This document shows positions 1 through 10,587 of a stretch of DNA of 64,000 bases, one piece after another (position 1 is the first letter of the stretch; every line of letters begins with the position of its first letter). The notes below the pieces were generated by a model. It worked only from the letters and a program-made list of their open reading frames with translations, was not told the DNA's origin and did no database searches. Source of the DNA: Gammaproteobacteria bacterium (GTDB taxonomy: Bacteria > Pseudomonadota > Gammaproteobacteria > SZUA-229). The stretch is from contig JAUVDN010000001.1 in NCBI GenBank assembly GCA_030595325.1, positions 2,493-66,492 of the forward strand, read 5' to 3'. Position numbers and translations under genes: made by a program.

Positions 1-713
1 ATTACGCTACCGGTGAATTAAATATCGAGGTAACGGCCAATGTCATCGAAGGTATTGCCGAGGGTTGCCGTCAGTCTAACGCCGCCCTGATCGGTGGTGA
101 AACCGCTGAGATGCCGGGCATGTACGATAAGGGGGATTACGATCTGGCCGGGTTCTGCGTTGGTGTCGTCGAAAAACAAAAAATTATCGACGGTTCAAAA
201 GTGAAAGCCGGTGACGTCATGATCGCCATTGCTTCCAGTGGACCACACTCTAATGGTTATTCATTAGTTCGCAAGATTATTGAAGTGAGCAAAGCCGACA
301 TCAATGCACCTTTTAATGATGCCGGTTCATTAGGTGATGCCCTGCTTGCGCCAACAAGAATTTATGTCAAAGCATTACACGCACTGCTACCTGAGTTCGA
401 TATCCATGCCATGGCACATATCACCGGTGGTGGTTTGCTGGAAAATATTCCACGTGTTTTGCCCGAAGGTACACAAGCTGTTATCGATAAAGACAGCTGG
501 CAGCTTCCAGAGGTTTTTCAGTGGTTACAGAAAAACGGTAATGTTGTAGACAAAGAGATGCGCCGCACATTTAACTGTGGCGTCGGCATGGTACTGATTG
601 CTGATGCTGGTGATGCAGAAGCGATTATCGCATCACTGAATCAAAACAATGAAAATGCATGGTTACTTGGCTCAATCGAATCTGGCGATAAAGAACAGGT
701 TGTTTTTAAATAA
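1..713 (+). CDS. purM: Phosphoribosylformylglycinamidine cyclo-ligase (AIR synthetase), C-terminal part; 5' end lies outside the window
   Basis: The frame is open from the window edge. Translation reads ...[25 protein letters not shown]..., the conserved PurM core. purN follows, which is the classical purMN order. Confidence 0.95.
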   Translation, partial: YATGELNIEVTANVIEGIAEGCRQSNAALIGGETAEMPGMYDKGDYDLAGFCVGVVEKQKIIDGSKVKAGDVMIAIASSGPHSNGYSLVRKIIEVSKADINAPFNDAGSLGDALLAPTRIYVKALHALLPEFDIHAMAHITGGGLLENIPRVLPEGTQAVIDKDSWQLPEVFQWLQKNGNVVDKEMRRTFNCGVGMVLIADAGDAEAIIASLNQNNENAWLLGSIESGDKEQVVFK

Positions 714-769
714 ACCTGTATAAGTAGACCTGCATAAATAAACCAGTATAAATAGACCAGCAAAGGACA
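714..769. repeat. Four imperfect tandem copies of a 14-bp unit (ACCTGTATAAGTAG / ACCTGCATAAATAA / ACCAGTATAAATAG / ACCAGCAAAGGACA) in the purM-purN spacer
   Basis: Read directly from the sequence immediately after the purM stop codon. Confidence 0.5.
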
Positions 770-776
770 ATCCGCA

Positions 777-1430
777 GTGACAGCTTCTCTTGTTGTTCTA
801 ATTTCTGGTAGCGGCAGCAACCTTCAGGCAATTATTGATGCTATTGCTAGTAAACAGCTTAACGCCGAAATAAAAGCGGTCATCAGTAATAAAGAAAATA
901 TTACCGGTCTTGAACGTGCAAGCAAAGCAAATATCCCTACACACGTTATAGAGCATCAGCAATTTTCTAGCAGAGAAGCTTTCGATCAGTCAATGATACA
1001 AATCATTGACCCGTTAAAACCAGACCTGGTGATACTTGCAGGTTTTATGCGAATTTTAAGTGATGGCTTCATCGATCATTTCCATCATCGTTTAATCAAC
1101 ATCCACCCTTCACTGCTACCCAAATACAAAGGTTTGAACACACATCAGCACGCTATCGACAACCATGACAAAATACACGGTGCCAGCGTTCATTACGTAA
1201 GTCATGAACTAGACAGCGGCCCCATTGTCATACAAGCTGAAGTACCAGTGCATGCAGAAGATACTGCAGAAACGTTAGCAGAACGAGTTTTATACGAAGA
1301 GCACAATATCTATCCACTAGCGATACAGATGCATATTGATGGACGTATTACATTTGATGAACAACTAAAAGTTGACGGCCAGCTTTTAACAAAACCATTA
1401 CAATGGAAAGATAAGCAGCTACTTAAGTAG
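777..1430 (+). CDS. purN: Phosphoribosylglycinamide formyltransferase
   Basis: N-terminal VLISGSGSNLQAIIDA, NIHPSLLPKYKG and GASVHYV..ELDSGPI motifs are typical of PurN. GTG start. Confidence 0.93.
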   Translation: MTASLVVLISGSGSNLQAIIDAIASKQLNAEIKAVISNKENITGLERASKANIPTHVIEHQQFSSREAFDQSMIQIIDPLKPDLVILAGFMRILSDGFIDHFHHRLINIHPSLLPKYKGLNTHQHAIDNHDKIHGASVHYVSHELDSGPIVIQAEVPVHAEDTAETLAERVLYEEHNIYPLAIQMHIDGRITFDEQLKVDGQLLTKPLQWKDKQLLK

Positions 1431-1469
1431 CCAGCACAGCAATCACAACAAAGATATATTTATATATAT

Positions 1470-2291
1470 ATGCTCAAACACCATTACAACGTGAAACTTT
1501 TTGTTCTTGCATTTATCTGCACGCTATTCAGTCAAGGATCAATAAGCCAAAACTTATCTGATGAAGCCCCTCTTTCCAGTCACGCACTACCTGAGTTTCA
1601 CGCTAAGTACGCCATTCAATTCTATGGCGTAAAAGCGGCTGAAGCGCACTACAAACTCTCCTACACTGACAGTGGATATAAATTCACGCAAGATACAAAA
1701 CTTTCCGGCCTCGCCAGCATGTTTGCTGATGACACTGTATCAGCTGTCAGTATCGTAGATGTAATCGATGACAAACTATTATTAACAAAATACACTTACA
1801 TCCAAACAGGAAAAGAAAAAAATAGAAATGAAGATATAAGTATTCATTGGGACACAACGGTCATTCCAGCAAAAGGAAAAATCACAGGGACCGTAAGAAG
1901 TAAAAATATAGACCTTGAAACAGATACGGCCGTTTGGGAAGCACTATCATTTCAATTACCATTAATGATAGATGCAAACAAAGATATAAAAAACTACCCA
2001 TACAAAGCTCTCCTTAAGGGCAAGATTGACACATACAACTTCGTGCTCACCTCCAGTAAAAAAATCAGCTTTGCCAATAAAGAATACACTGCACTGCAAA
2101 TGGTGCGCACCGACCCACACAAAAAAAGACAGTTACACATATGGCTGATACCAGAATTGCATAACATTCCAGTTAAGATAGAAAATTTCCGCAAAGGAAA
2201 ACTACACTCAAAGATTGAACTTGAAAGCGTACAATTTAATAATGCTAAAATTTATTTAGGCAAGCAGATAGAAGATGACGATGAATTCTAA
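1470..2291 (+). CDS. DUF3108-like secreted protein of unknown function
   Basis: N-terminal signal-like hydrophobic segment. Its position directly after purN matches the DUF3108 gene found there in many proteobacteria. Family assignment is from memory only. Confidence 0.6.
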   Translation: MLKHHYNVKLFVLAFICTLFSQGSISQNLSDEAPLSSHALPEFHAKYAIQFYGVKAAEAHYKLSYTDSGYKFTQDTKLSGLASMFADDTVSAVSIVDVIDDKLLLTKYTYIQTGKEKNRNEDISIHWDTTVIPAKGKITGTVRSKNIDLETDTAVWEALSFQLPLMIDANKDIKNYPYKALLKGKIDTYNFVLTSSKKISFANKEYTALQMVRTDPHKKRQLHIWLIPELHNIPVKIENFRKGKLHSKIELESVQFNNAKIYLGKQIEDDDEF

Positions 2292-2814
2292 TTTCAACAA
2301 AACAAACAATGAAACTGAAGAATCGGAATATGATGGTCCGAGCAAATCACAATTAAAACGTGAAAGTCACCACTACGTTGATATCGGGGATGAAATACTA
2401 AAACTGAAACCTGAAGACATCAAATCTTTAGACTTGCCGGCCGGGCTTGAAGAAGCCATAAACACTGCACTTAAAATAAAATCTAATAGCGGATTAAAAA
2501 GACAACGCTTGTACATAGGAAAACTGCTGCGCACATTAGAAGACCACTCGATTGAAGACAAACTAAGAAAAATACAACACAGTCACGATACAAATACAGC
2601 GCAATTTAAACGTCTGGAAAAATGGCGTGACAACTTAATTGAAAATGACAAGCAAACTCTCAATGAAGTCATCTCACGTTTCCCCAATGTTGATCGACAG
2701 CACATCAATCAATTAATTCGAGCCGCAAAACAAGAGAAAGAACGAAACAAACCACCCTCTGCCTCACGCAAGTTATTTAAATATTTACGTGAGCTGGAAG
2801 ACGCTTTGACTTGA
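2275..2814 (+). CDS. yjgA: Ribosome-associated protein YjgA/DarP (DUF615)
   Basis: About 180 aa, highly charged. The PSKSQLKRE..., LKRQRLYIGKLLR and LIRAAKQEKERNKPP pattern is typical of YjgA. Overlaps the upstream ORF by 17 nt. Confidence 0.75.
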   Translation: MTMNSNFNKTNNETEESEYDGPSKSQLKRESHHYVDIGDEILKLKPEDIKSLDLPAGLEEAINTALKIKSNSGLKRQRLYIGKLLRTLEDHSIEDKLRKIQHSHDTNTAQFKRLEKWRDNLIENDKQTLNEVISRFPNVDRQHINQLIRAAKQEKERNKPPSASRKLFKYLRELEDALT

Positions 2815-2832
2815 ATCGATTCAACAGTCAAT

Positions 2833-3999
2833 TCAATCCATACGATTACGGTCAGAGCTTGAAATAGGTGTTCTATAGCGATAAACCACCCAATACGTTG
2901 ATAAGACAAAGGTTACAATAACCACCATCTGTATTAGATAAGAAGCACGTAACTCTATTAGACCGGCAGATAGTGCGCTATATGAGACCAGCAGTGAAAA
3001 TTCGCTGCCCTGACCAAGCCTTGCGCCCAACTCCATTGAGAAATTTTTACTCTCACCAATAAGCTGAAAACCCTGCTTAAAGACCAGAGGTTTCATTATT
3101 ACTATCAGCAAAGCAATACTAATGCCGGCTAATAACACCTGCTGGGTAACCAGAATATTAAATTGCGCACCGATGGAAAAAAAGAAAAGAATCAGAAAGA
3201 AATCACGTAACGGCTTTAGCTGCTCAGCAATCACCATAGACACGGGAGACGATGCAAATGCAACACCCGCTATAAAAGCGCCCATCTCATAAGACAGACC
3301 AATAGCCTCTGCAACACCTGCACCGAGCAAGCCCCAGCCTAGTGCCAATAAAAAGGCATATTCCTGAATACTGTCAAAACGCATAAACAGATTGTTAATT
3401 ACATACTTGACCGTACCGTATGCAACGACAGCGAGCACGATTAATTTTATAAATAACAACGCTATTGTCATTGTGACATCATCGCCCTGCCCGCCTGATA
3501 ACATCACGATTAAAAGTATCGCTATGACGTCTTGCATCAGCAACACGCTGGTCATCATTTCACCGGTGTGCTTATGATGCAATGCAGTGGTAGGGATTAA
3601 TTTCAAGCTAACAATGGTACTGGAGAACATCAGCGCAGCGCCGATGATTATACTTTCGATAAAACTAAAACCAAAAACCAGTGCCGCAGATGTTACAGCT
3701 ATCAAGAAAATCAAACTGGTTAACAGTGTAACCACAGCGGTTTTACTGAATAGATGATACAGACGATCTGGCTTTAGATTTATCCCCAGAAGGTAGAGCA
3801 GTAGAATAACGCCCACATGTGATAATTTTTCAATGTGTTCGGGTTGCTCAATAACCCCAGCGCCCCAAGGGCCAGCGGCAATGCCAAGAGCAATATAGGC
3901 AAGAATGACCGGCTGCTTTAAATACAGAAAAATAGTAGCAAATATTGCTGCACCAGCAAATATCAATACAAATTCAAATATGATATTTTGGAAGCCCAT
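2833..3999 (-). CDS. Cation:proton antiporter (CPA2/Kef-type membrane domain)
   Basis: 388 aa, about 12 hydrophobic segments. N-terminus and overall layout are typical of the Na+/H+ exchanger family. Confidence 0.8.
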   Translation of the reverse strand: MGFQNIIFEFVLIFAGAAIFATIFLYLKQPVILAYIALGIAAGPWGAGVIEQPEHIEKLSHVGVILLLYLLGINLKPDRLYHLFSKTAVVTLLTSLIFLIAVTSAALVFGFSFIESIIIGAALMFSSTIVSLKLIPTTALHHKHTGEMMTSVLLMQDVIAILLIVMLSGGQGDDVTMTIALLFIKLIVLAVVAYGTVKYVINNLFMRFDSIQEYAFLLALGWGLLGAGVAEAIGLSYEMGAFIAGVAFASSPVSMVIAEQLKPLRDFFLILFFFSIGAQFNILVTQQVLLAGISIALLIVIMKPLVFKQGFQLIGESKNFSMELGARLGQGSEFSLLVSYSALSAGLIELRASYLIQMVVIVTFVLSTYWVVYRYRTPISSSDRNRMD

Positions 4000-4053
4000 A
4001 AATGCAGTGTTACTTCTATGTAATTATAAGGTCACTTATCTGACCGGAGGCAT

Positions 4054-4884
4054 CTATTTAGAGATTAACCCACATTGAAAACGTTTATGATCTAATGCCG
4101 GGAACATTTTTCTGGTGTGCTCTAACTTCTCGATATCTATAGTGGCGACGACAACACCAGTACCATGCGGCAGTCGATTTAAAATCCGCCCCCAAGAATC
4201 AACGATCATACTGTCACCATGTGTCTCACGTCCACCCACATGATAACCGCCCTGATCTGCTGCGATTATATAAGTAAGGTTTTCAATAGCACGTGCACGT
4301 AAAAGCGATTCCCAATGTACCTTACCCGTCAAACTGGTGAATGCTGATGGCAGTGCGCAGATTTCCATTTTCTGCTCAACCATGGCACGAAATAATTCTG
4401 GAAAACGTAAGTCGTAACATATACCGAGCCCCAAACGACCGAATGGAGTGTCTACGACGACTATATTGTCACCTGCCGTAATCGTTTCCGACTCAGTGTA
4501 ACTCTCGTTACTTGCTTCAATCGTTACATCAAATAGATGAATTTTGTCGTAACGCGCGACAACTTCACCCTGAGGATTAATCAATAAACAGGCAGAATAA
4601 ACTTTACCGCTTTCTTTTGAGCGTATAGGTATAGTACCCCCAACCAGCCAGATATTAAGTGAAACGGCCTGCTCCTTTAAATAATCTTGCAATAGGCCCT
4701 GACCATATTCTTCAGCAATTTTCACTTTATCTGTTTCAGATGTTCCCATGATGGCAAAGTTTTCTGGCAACACGACGAGTTCCGCTTCTTGCTGAACAGC
4801 TATTTTTATCAGTTTTTCAGCTTCAGCCAAATTTGCTTTTACATTAGGCCCTGACGCCATCTGTATTGCGGCAACTTTACTCAC
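4054..4884 (-). CDS. Carbon-nitrogen hydrolase family protein (Nit-like amidohydrolase)
   Basis: The Glu-Lys-Cys triad context is visible: VLPENF, YDKIHLF, GLGICYDLRFPE. Sits downstream of yhdP, as in many gammaproteobacteria. Confidence 0.85.
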   Translation of the reverse strand: MSKVAAIQMASGPNVKANLAEAEKLIKIAVQQEAELVVLPENFAIMGTSETDKVKIAEEYGQGLLQDYLKEQAVSLNIWLVGGTIPIRSKESGKVYSACLLINPQGEVVARYDKIHLFDVTIEASNESYTESETITAGDNIVVVDTPFGRLGLGICYDLRFPELFRAMVEQKMEICALPSAFTSLTGKVHWESLLRARAIENLTYIIAADQGGYHVGGRETHGDSMIVDSWGRILNRLPHGTGVVVATIDIEKLEHTRKMFPALDHKRFQCGLISK

Positions 4885-4931
4885 TTAACAATCTCCTAAC
4901 TTTTTATATATCATGCTATTTTGTCGCATGT

Positions 4932-5387
4932 TTATTTTATTAATTGAAACCTAATCATATCATCAGAGCCACTACCTGGCGCTGTAATCATATGTTTCGA
5001 AGGAATGCCTAATGAAACCAGCCAGTCCGTTAATTCTTGCACCCAGAATTCACCCTCTTCACCGCCCGGGTACTGTATTTCTATCTTCATCTGCCGGTCA
5101 TTTATCCAGGCAGTCACCAGTTTATTCAATACCGGTAACACTAATAATGATTCACCGCTTCGAGCAATATCCCATTGCTCTGCGTGCAGCTCCAGCACAC
5201 TCGTATCAGACACACTAACCGAAGCTGTTTTGTTGCCTGCGACCTTATCCGATGCACTTTGATTAGATGAAGCTAGTACCGGTTTCACACCCTCATTACC
5301 GTCAACAGAGTTTACAGCAGTTTCTGCATAACATTCAAAAACATAAAGTGATAAAACGATAAATAAAGCTTTAACGACCTGAGTCAT
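4932..5387 (-). CDS. Secreted hypothetical protein downstream of yhdP
   Basis: The signal-peptide-like MTQVVKALFIVLSLYVFECYA begins at the internal ATG at 5387. The ORF track extends to 5450, but that would overlap yhdP by 47 nt. A second in-frame ATG at 5402 is created by a 15-bp tandem duplication. Confidence 0.5.
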   Translation of the reverse strand: MTQVVKALFIVLSLYVFECYAETAVNSVDGNEGVKPVLASSNQSASDKVAGNKTASVSVSDTSVLELHAEQWDIARSGESLLVLPVLNKLVTAWINDRQMKIEIQYPGGEEGEFWVQELTDWLVSLGIPSKHMITAPGSGSDDMIRFQLIK

Positions 5388-5403
5388 TTTAAAAGGAGTC
5401 ATT

Positions 5404-8400
5404 TTAAAAATCATCTGCATTTTCGTCTTCAGTATCATCCAGCCCATCACTGCTATCTACAATTTTTTCTATCTGCGGATTATCCCAGCTACCCGTAATC
5501 GAATACACATTATGTCCGATGATACTGATATCAAATACTTTCTGAATAATAGCAAGACTTACACCAACAGCCACACCACCGAGAAGAGCCCCACCAGCCA
5601 AAGTTATGGTATCAGTATGAGGTTTAACACGCATCAACAAACCATAATCATTATTTATCAAATCGATACTACCAAACATGTTTATGTCCGCCGCAGGTGC
5701 AGACACATTAAAATTTTTCAAATAACCGTCACCGTCAACAAAGTCAAACTCGCCGTGGATAGCATCGAATGAAAAGCCGTCACGATATACGTCATCGAAA
5801 TCAAACACCAGACGATTGGTTAATTTAAATATATTCAATAAACCCAATAAACGACCGCCAGCACCAGGGTCCGCCTCAACAATCTCACCATTCTTCATTG
5901 TAAATAACGTTTTGCCTTTCATATTGGACCAAGATAGAGCATAGGGCTGTGCAGGCCATTTAGAGCTAAAATCTGCCTTATAGCTAGCGCGATCAATACT
6001 ACGTTGATAGCCAAGTCCGGTAAGCGTTTTTCCAATATTGCTACTGGTTATATTACCCTGTAACACGGTTTCATGTGAGCCACGCCACGAGGTTAACCAG
6101 GTACCACGCGCATTAAATTTCATCGCGGGCCCATCCAGTGACAACGTGTTAATTAACATACCATGTTTATGCCAATCTGTTTCTAATTCGACATTATTGA
6201 AAACCCAGTCTTTCCATATTACTGTTTTCGCCTTCCAATCCAATGCTGGAAATTGATCTGGTGTCAGTGGTTTCTCTCCATCACTTTTTTCCGAAACAAA
6301 TAAAGCATGTATATTCACTTCATGCAGATCAAGTTTTAAGTGTGTATCCTTACCTAAACCTTCAGTAAACTCTCCCTTACCTGTCAGGTATTTTGATTTG
6401 ATATCAAAGTTCCACAAGTCATTTTCATTTCGAGCAGCAAATAGATCAATAGCGGTTTCTCCTGCTTTCTTAGCAGCCTCATCAGTCAGTTTTGCATTCA
6501 CCCGTATACCTTTGTCCTCTAAAACGTCTATTTCTGCAAGCAGTGAATGTTTTGTGCTTTTAGCTTTTTGAACTTTGTCGGACATGCTATAGACAACATC
6601 TTCCAAGTATGATGCTACATTTATTCGCACCAGATAATCAACCGGCTCGTAAGGAATCTCAAAATCCATTGACCAGTTAGATTCACCGCTTATCCAATCT
6701 TCGGGGACCCAGTCATATCGCCGCAACAAATAATCCGCCTCGATAACACCATCCATATGAAATATTACTTCACGGCCTGAATCTCCATCTTGCGTAAAGG
6801 CATTCAATAAAACAGGTTTATCATCCACCAAAGCGACCATAGAATCTGCAAAGATAGTATTTTCGGTAAATTCGATAATGCCATTCACCTCGACCAGCTC
6901 ATACCCCAGTGCAGGATAGTAAAGTTTAGTGCCAATAAATTTCAAATCTCCATTGATACCTACATTGACTTCATCCTGATTTAACGGCACTTCCAATTTA
7001 AGATTTAAATCACTCTCACCTTCAAGCTGAAATAGTCGCAAGGCATTACCCAGCACTTCATCCAGAGCACTATTCCACACGTAAGATTGTACATCTTCAT
7101 TTTTAGCATGTGCATCTGTCTCTATCGTTAGATGAGGATCAGGCAGGTTTTTTATTTCAGCATAACCATTGAACAGATTAACTCCCTTGGTTTTACCTTT
7201 TGCTTTACTGACAATTAAAGACGAATTTTCAAATTTTAATGTTCCCGACGTTTCAGTAAGAACAGGCCAACCTTCTAGAAACTTCATCTTAATATCTTGC
7301 GCTGAAAACAGAACTTGAAAAACACCTTCATGTTTATCATATGGAAAGTCATTTAAATGGCCATGCAAGATAAATTGACCACTAGGTATATAACCATCAG
7401 TTACCGCCATATCCAGCCAATCAACCAATGATGGTTCCATTATGCCTACAGGAAGGTAATAAGAAGCATATTTAGCATGAACATCGTGAAAATTTGTTTG
7501 CACATCAATAAAAACAGCTTCATCAGATGCTACTTTCAACGTCACTCGAGACAGTGTATCGCCATGATTATTCTTTAAGTGTATTTTGTCCGATGTTAGC
7601 AACCATCCATCTTTATTATTCTCAATTTTTACCTTGCCATGTATTGTTTCAGCGAATAATGGTTGCCTGAACATATCCCTTAAATCAATTATGGCATCAT
7701 GCACTGCCAGATCTAACTCAACCGTACTACTATCGTAAAGTACAGAAAAATCAAAACCAGAGAAAGAAATATTATTACTGCTATCGTATGCAGTCAGATT
7801 ATGTATTGTTGCTTCCAGATATAAGTCTTCACGTATTTTTTCTAAAGTCATTTCCTTGGGCAACTGCATGCTGAAGTTGTATATATCTGCCCCTAGCTTA
7901 TAAGCCTTTAATTTATCCGTTTCCAATAGCTGTTCCGGCATCAATAAAACATCAGCAACCCTATGTGCATCAGAGTAATTAATATAATCAGAACTCAGGT
8001 AATAAAAATCATCGTCATCGCTCGCCAAAAATGTTGCTGGTTGCCCCCAAACAGGCTTATTCTTTTCACCAAAATAAAAATCCGTAACTGCAAGACCCCA
8101 ATGTTTATCATCGTGCACATAACGAGCATTTGCTGACAGATAATTGGTGCTCCATTTTTTCTTAGTGACGTTATTTTTTATGACTACTTTTTCAGCACCA
8201 AGCTGTATAAAAAGGGAACGAATATCATTATTCTCAATTTCTCCCCAAAGATTTACATCCAGCACCGAATCAACATGATAATCTTTAATGAAATTAAATT
8301 TCTCATTCCAGCGTTTAACATTTATTTGCTTTGCTTCAAAATAAACATCACCATTAAGCGCATCAATATCTCCCTGTAAATTTGCAACAACTGAAAGGCT

Positions 8401-9021
8401 TTTACCTACATTTTCCGGCAAGTTCATTGAAAATTTAATTTCATGGTTGTTAAAATTGTTTTGCACTTCCATATTTACATCTAGCAGGCTCAGGTCAAAT
8501 CCACCTTGCGTGTTGTCCTGATAGTAGATATTGCAGTCATGCAGTAGATAATCAGAGTTCTGCAACATGTAGATAAACTGTTCTGGAACCTCCGTTGAAC
8601 CTTCACTGGTAAATTTTATACCTTGCACCAACCATTCATTCTCAGATAGTTTTTCTATGGTGATATCTGCGCCGACAAGGCCGATATCAGCAACGATAAT
8701 CTCACGACGTAGAATCGACGCTATGACATCAAGCTCAACAAACGCTTCGCGTAAATTAATTAACGGAATTTTATTTTTTTCATCATAGACTGATACGTCG
8801 ATCAATCTCAGGCGGGGGGAAAACCAGTGTATGGCCGCATCAATGGAGTGAATTTCAACAGGCAGACCTAGCTGCTTACTAATCTCAAGCTGTATCTCGT
8901 TTTTATAACCTGTCGCGTACGGCAACACTGCACGCAGCACACTGAATACTACAGCAGCAGAAATCAGTACCACCGCCATACAGATGATGATGCAAACTCT
9001 GAAACGTAAAATCCATTGCAT
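5404..9021 (-). CDS. yhdP: YhdP-family (AsmA-like) large envelope protein
   Basis: 1205 aa with an N-terminal membrane anchor and a C-terminal hydrophobic/GG-rich segment. Located upstream of rng-adjacent genes, as yhdP is in E. coli and Pseudomonas. Confidence 0.8.
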   Translation of the reverse strand: MQWILRFRVCIIICMAVVLISAAVVFSVLRAVLPYATGYKNEIQLEISKQLGLPVEIHSIDAAIHWFSPRLRLIDVSVYDEKNKIPLINLREAFVELDVIASILRREIIVADIGLVGADITIEKLSENEWLVQGIKFTSEGSTEVPEQFIYMLQNSDYLLHDCNIYYQDNTQGGFDLSLLDVNMEVQNNFNNHEIKFSMNLPENVGKSLSVVANLQGDIDALNGDVYFEAKQINVKRWNEKFNFIKDYHVDSVLDVNLWGEIENNDIRSLFIQLGAEKVVIKNNVTKKKWSTNYLSANARYVHDDKHWGLAVTDFYFGEKNKPVWGQPATFLASDDDDFYYLSSDYINYSDAHRVADVLLMPEQLLETDKLKAYKLGADIYNFSMQLPKEMTLEKIREDLYLEATIHNLTAYDSSNNISFSGFDFSVLYDSSTVELDLAVHDAIIDLRDMFRQPLFAETIHGKVKIENNKDGWLLTSDKIHLKNNHGDTLSRVTLKVASDEAVFIDVQTNFHDVHAKYASYYLPVGIMEPSLVDWLDMAVTDGYIPSGQFILHGHLNDFPYDKHEGVFQVLFSAQDIKMKFLEGWPVLTETSGTLKFENSSLIVSKAKGKTKGVNLFNGYAEIKNLPDPHLTIETDAHAKNEDVQSYVWNSALDEVLGNALRLFQLEGESDLNLKLEVPLNQDEVNVGINGDLKFIGTKLYYPALGYELVEVNGIIEFTENTIFADSMVALVDDKPVLLNAFTQDGDSGREVIFHMDGVIEADYLLRRYDWVPEDWISGESNWSMDFEIPYEPVDYLVRINVASYLEDVVYSMSDKVQKAKSTKHSLLAEIDVLEDKGIRVNAKLTDEAAKKAGETAIDLFAARNENDLWNFDIKSKYLTGKGEFTEGLGKDTHLKLDLHEVNIHALFVSEKSDGEKPLTPDQFPALDWKAKTVIWKDWVFNNVELETDWHKHGMLINTLSLDGPAMKFNARGTWLTSWRGSHETVLQGNITSSNIGKTLTGLGYQRSIDRASYKADFSSKWPAQPYALSWSNMKGKTLFTMKNGEIVEADPGAGGRLLGLLNIFKLTNRLVFDFDDVYRDGFSFDAIHGEFDFVDGDGYLKNFNVSAPAADINMFGSIDLINNDYGLLMRVKPHTDTITLAGGALLGGVAVGVSLAIIQKVFDISIIGHNVYSITGSWDNPQIEKIVDSSDGLDDTEDENADDF

Positions 9022-9078
9022 ATTTATCGAGCGTCGCGATATAGATCTAAAAGAATAACCGGAAGCAATTCTATAGCG

Positions 9079-10548
9079 TTACAAAATAACCACATCAAAT
9101 TGTTCCTGCGTAAACATAGCTTCAACCTGAAACTTAATGGGTATACCTATAAAATCTTCAAGTTCAGCCAGACTGCTGGACTCTTCATCCACCAACAGGT
9201 CGACAACATCTTGTGCCGCTAATACCAGCAGTTCTTTGGCATCAAACTGACGAGCTTCACGCAAAATATCCCTGAATATTTCATAACACACGGTCTCAGC
9301 CGTTTTTATCGTGCCTCTGCCCTCACAGGTAGGACAAGTGCCACATAGCACATGTTCCAAACTTTCACGTGTTCGTTTACGTGTCATTTCCACCAGACCC
9401 AAAGAGGATACCTCGCTAATAGAGGTACGGGCATGATCTTTTTCTAGCGCCTTTTCCAATGCACGCATAACCTGGCGTTTATGCTCTTCTTCCATCATGT
9501 CGATAAAATCAAGAATAACGATGCCTCCCAGATTGCGTAAACGTAATTGTCTGGCGATGCCCTGTGCTGCTTCAAGATTTGTTTTAAAGATGGTTTCTTC
9601 AAGATTGCGACTGCCTACATAGGCACCCGTATTCACATCTATCGTCGTCATCGCCTCTGTTTGATCGATGATCAGATAACCACCTGACTTGAGCTGTACT
9701 TTTCTTTCCAGACCTTTCTGGATTTCATCTTCAACGCCATGCAGATCAAATACCGGGCGCTCGCCAGGATAATGTTCGATGAATTCAGCAACCTCGGGGA
9801 CATTTTTTTCTGCGAACGCAAGCATGATACTGCTGGTCTCACGCGAATCAACTCGTATAACTTCGAGATCTTCATCAACCATATCGCGCAGTACACGCAG
9901 GTAAAGTGGCAGGTCTTTATGCACGACACTTCCAGCTTTTACATCGGCTATATTATTAATATTTTCCCAGAGACGATTTAAATATTTTATATCACTGGCA
10001 ATAGAATCCTTGTCAGCCACTTCAGCTGCGGTACGCAATATGTAACCCGCATCCTTAATACGATGCTCTTGCTCCAGCAGATTATTTTTAAGCCGCTCTC
10101 GATCTTCTTCACTCTCGATACGTGAAGAAACCCCAATGTTGTCAGCATTCGGCATAAACACCAGATATCGAGAAGGAATGGTAATGTTTGTTGTTAAGCG
10201 GGCGCCTTTTGTTCCTAGCTGATCTTTGATGACCTGCACTAGTACTTCCTGACCTTCTCGTAATACCTGCCCTATCTGAACGGCCTCGCCATTGTTATTA
10301 GTTTTACTTGAGTGCTTACTAGAATGAGCCACATCTGAAACATGCAGAAAAGCCGCTTTTTCAAGACCTATTTCAACGAATGCTGCTTCCATACCTGGTA
10401 ACACTCGAACAACTTTTCCTTTATATACATTACCGACCAGACCACGACTTCGGTCACGCTCAATATATAAATCATGCAACATCCCATTTTCCAGAATCGC
10501 TACACGCGTTTCCTGTGGTGTTATATTAATTAATATTTCCTTGCTCAT
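9079..10548 (-). CDS. rng: Ribonuclease G
   Basis: 489 aa with an N-terminal S1 domain (GNVYKGKVVRVLPGMEAAFVEIG), the RNase E/G catalytic core and a C..C zinc-link motif (CGTCPTCEGRG). Confidence 0.93.
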   Translation of the reverse strand: MSKEILINITPQETRVAILENGMLHDLYIERDRSRGLVGNVYKGKVVRVLPGMEAAFVEIGLEKAAFLHVSDVAHSSKHSSKTNNNGEAVQIGQVLREGQEVLVQVIKDQLGTKGARLTTNITIPSRYLVFMPNADNIGVSSRIESEEDRERLKNNLLEQEHRIKDAGYILRTAAEVADKDSIASDIKYLNRLWENINNIADVKAGSVVHKDLPLYLRVLRDMVDEDLEVIRVDSRETSSIMLAFAEKNVPEVAEFIEHYPGERPVFDLHGVEDEIQKGLERKVQLKSGGYLIIDQTEAMTTIDVNTGAYVGSRNLEETIFKTNLEAAQGIARQLRLRNLGGIVILDFIDMMEEEHKRQVMRALEKALEKDHARTSISEVSSLGLVEMTRKRTRESLEHVLCGTCPTCEGRGTIKTAETVCYEIFRDILREARQFDAKELLVLAAQDVVDLLVDEESSSLAELEDFIGIPIKFQVEAMFTQEQFDVVIL

Positions 10549-10587
10549 AATTTTATTATTGTTTTATTAATGTATTGTATTTGTAAT

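Noticed and set aside
9016-9222. Numerous 60-140-aa ORFs antisense to or nested within large conserved genes, for example 9016-9222, 5512-5772, 40014-40340, 43864-44163, 55896-56306 and 61916-62344.
   Set aside because: They overlap well-supported conserved CDSs on the other strand or in another frame. They have no start context or recognisable motifs. They are typical spurious six-frame ORFs.
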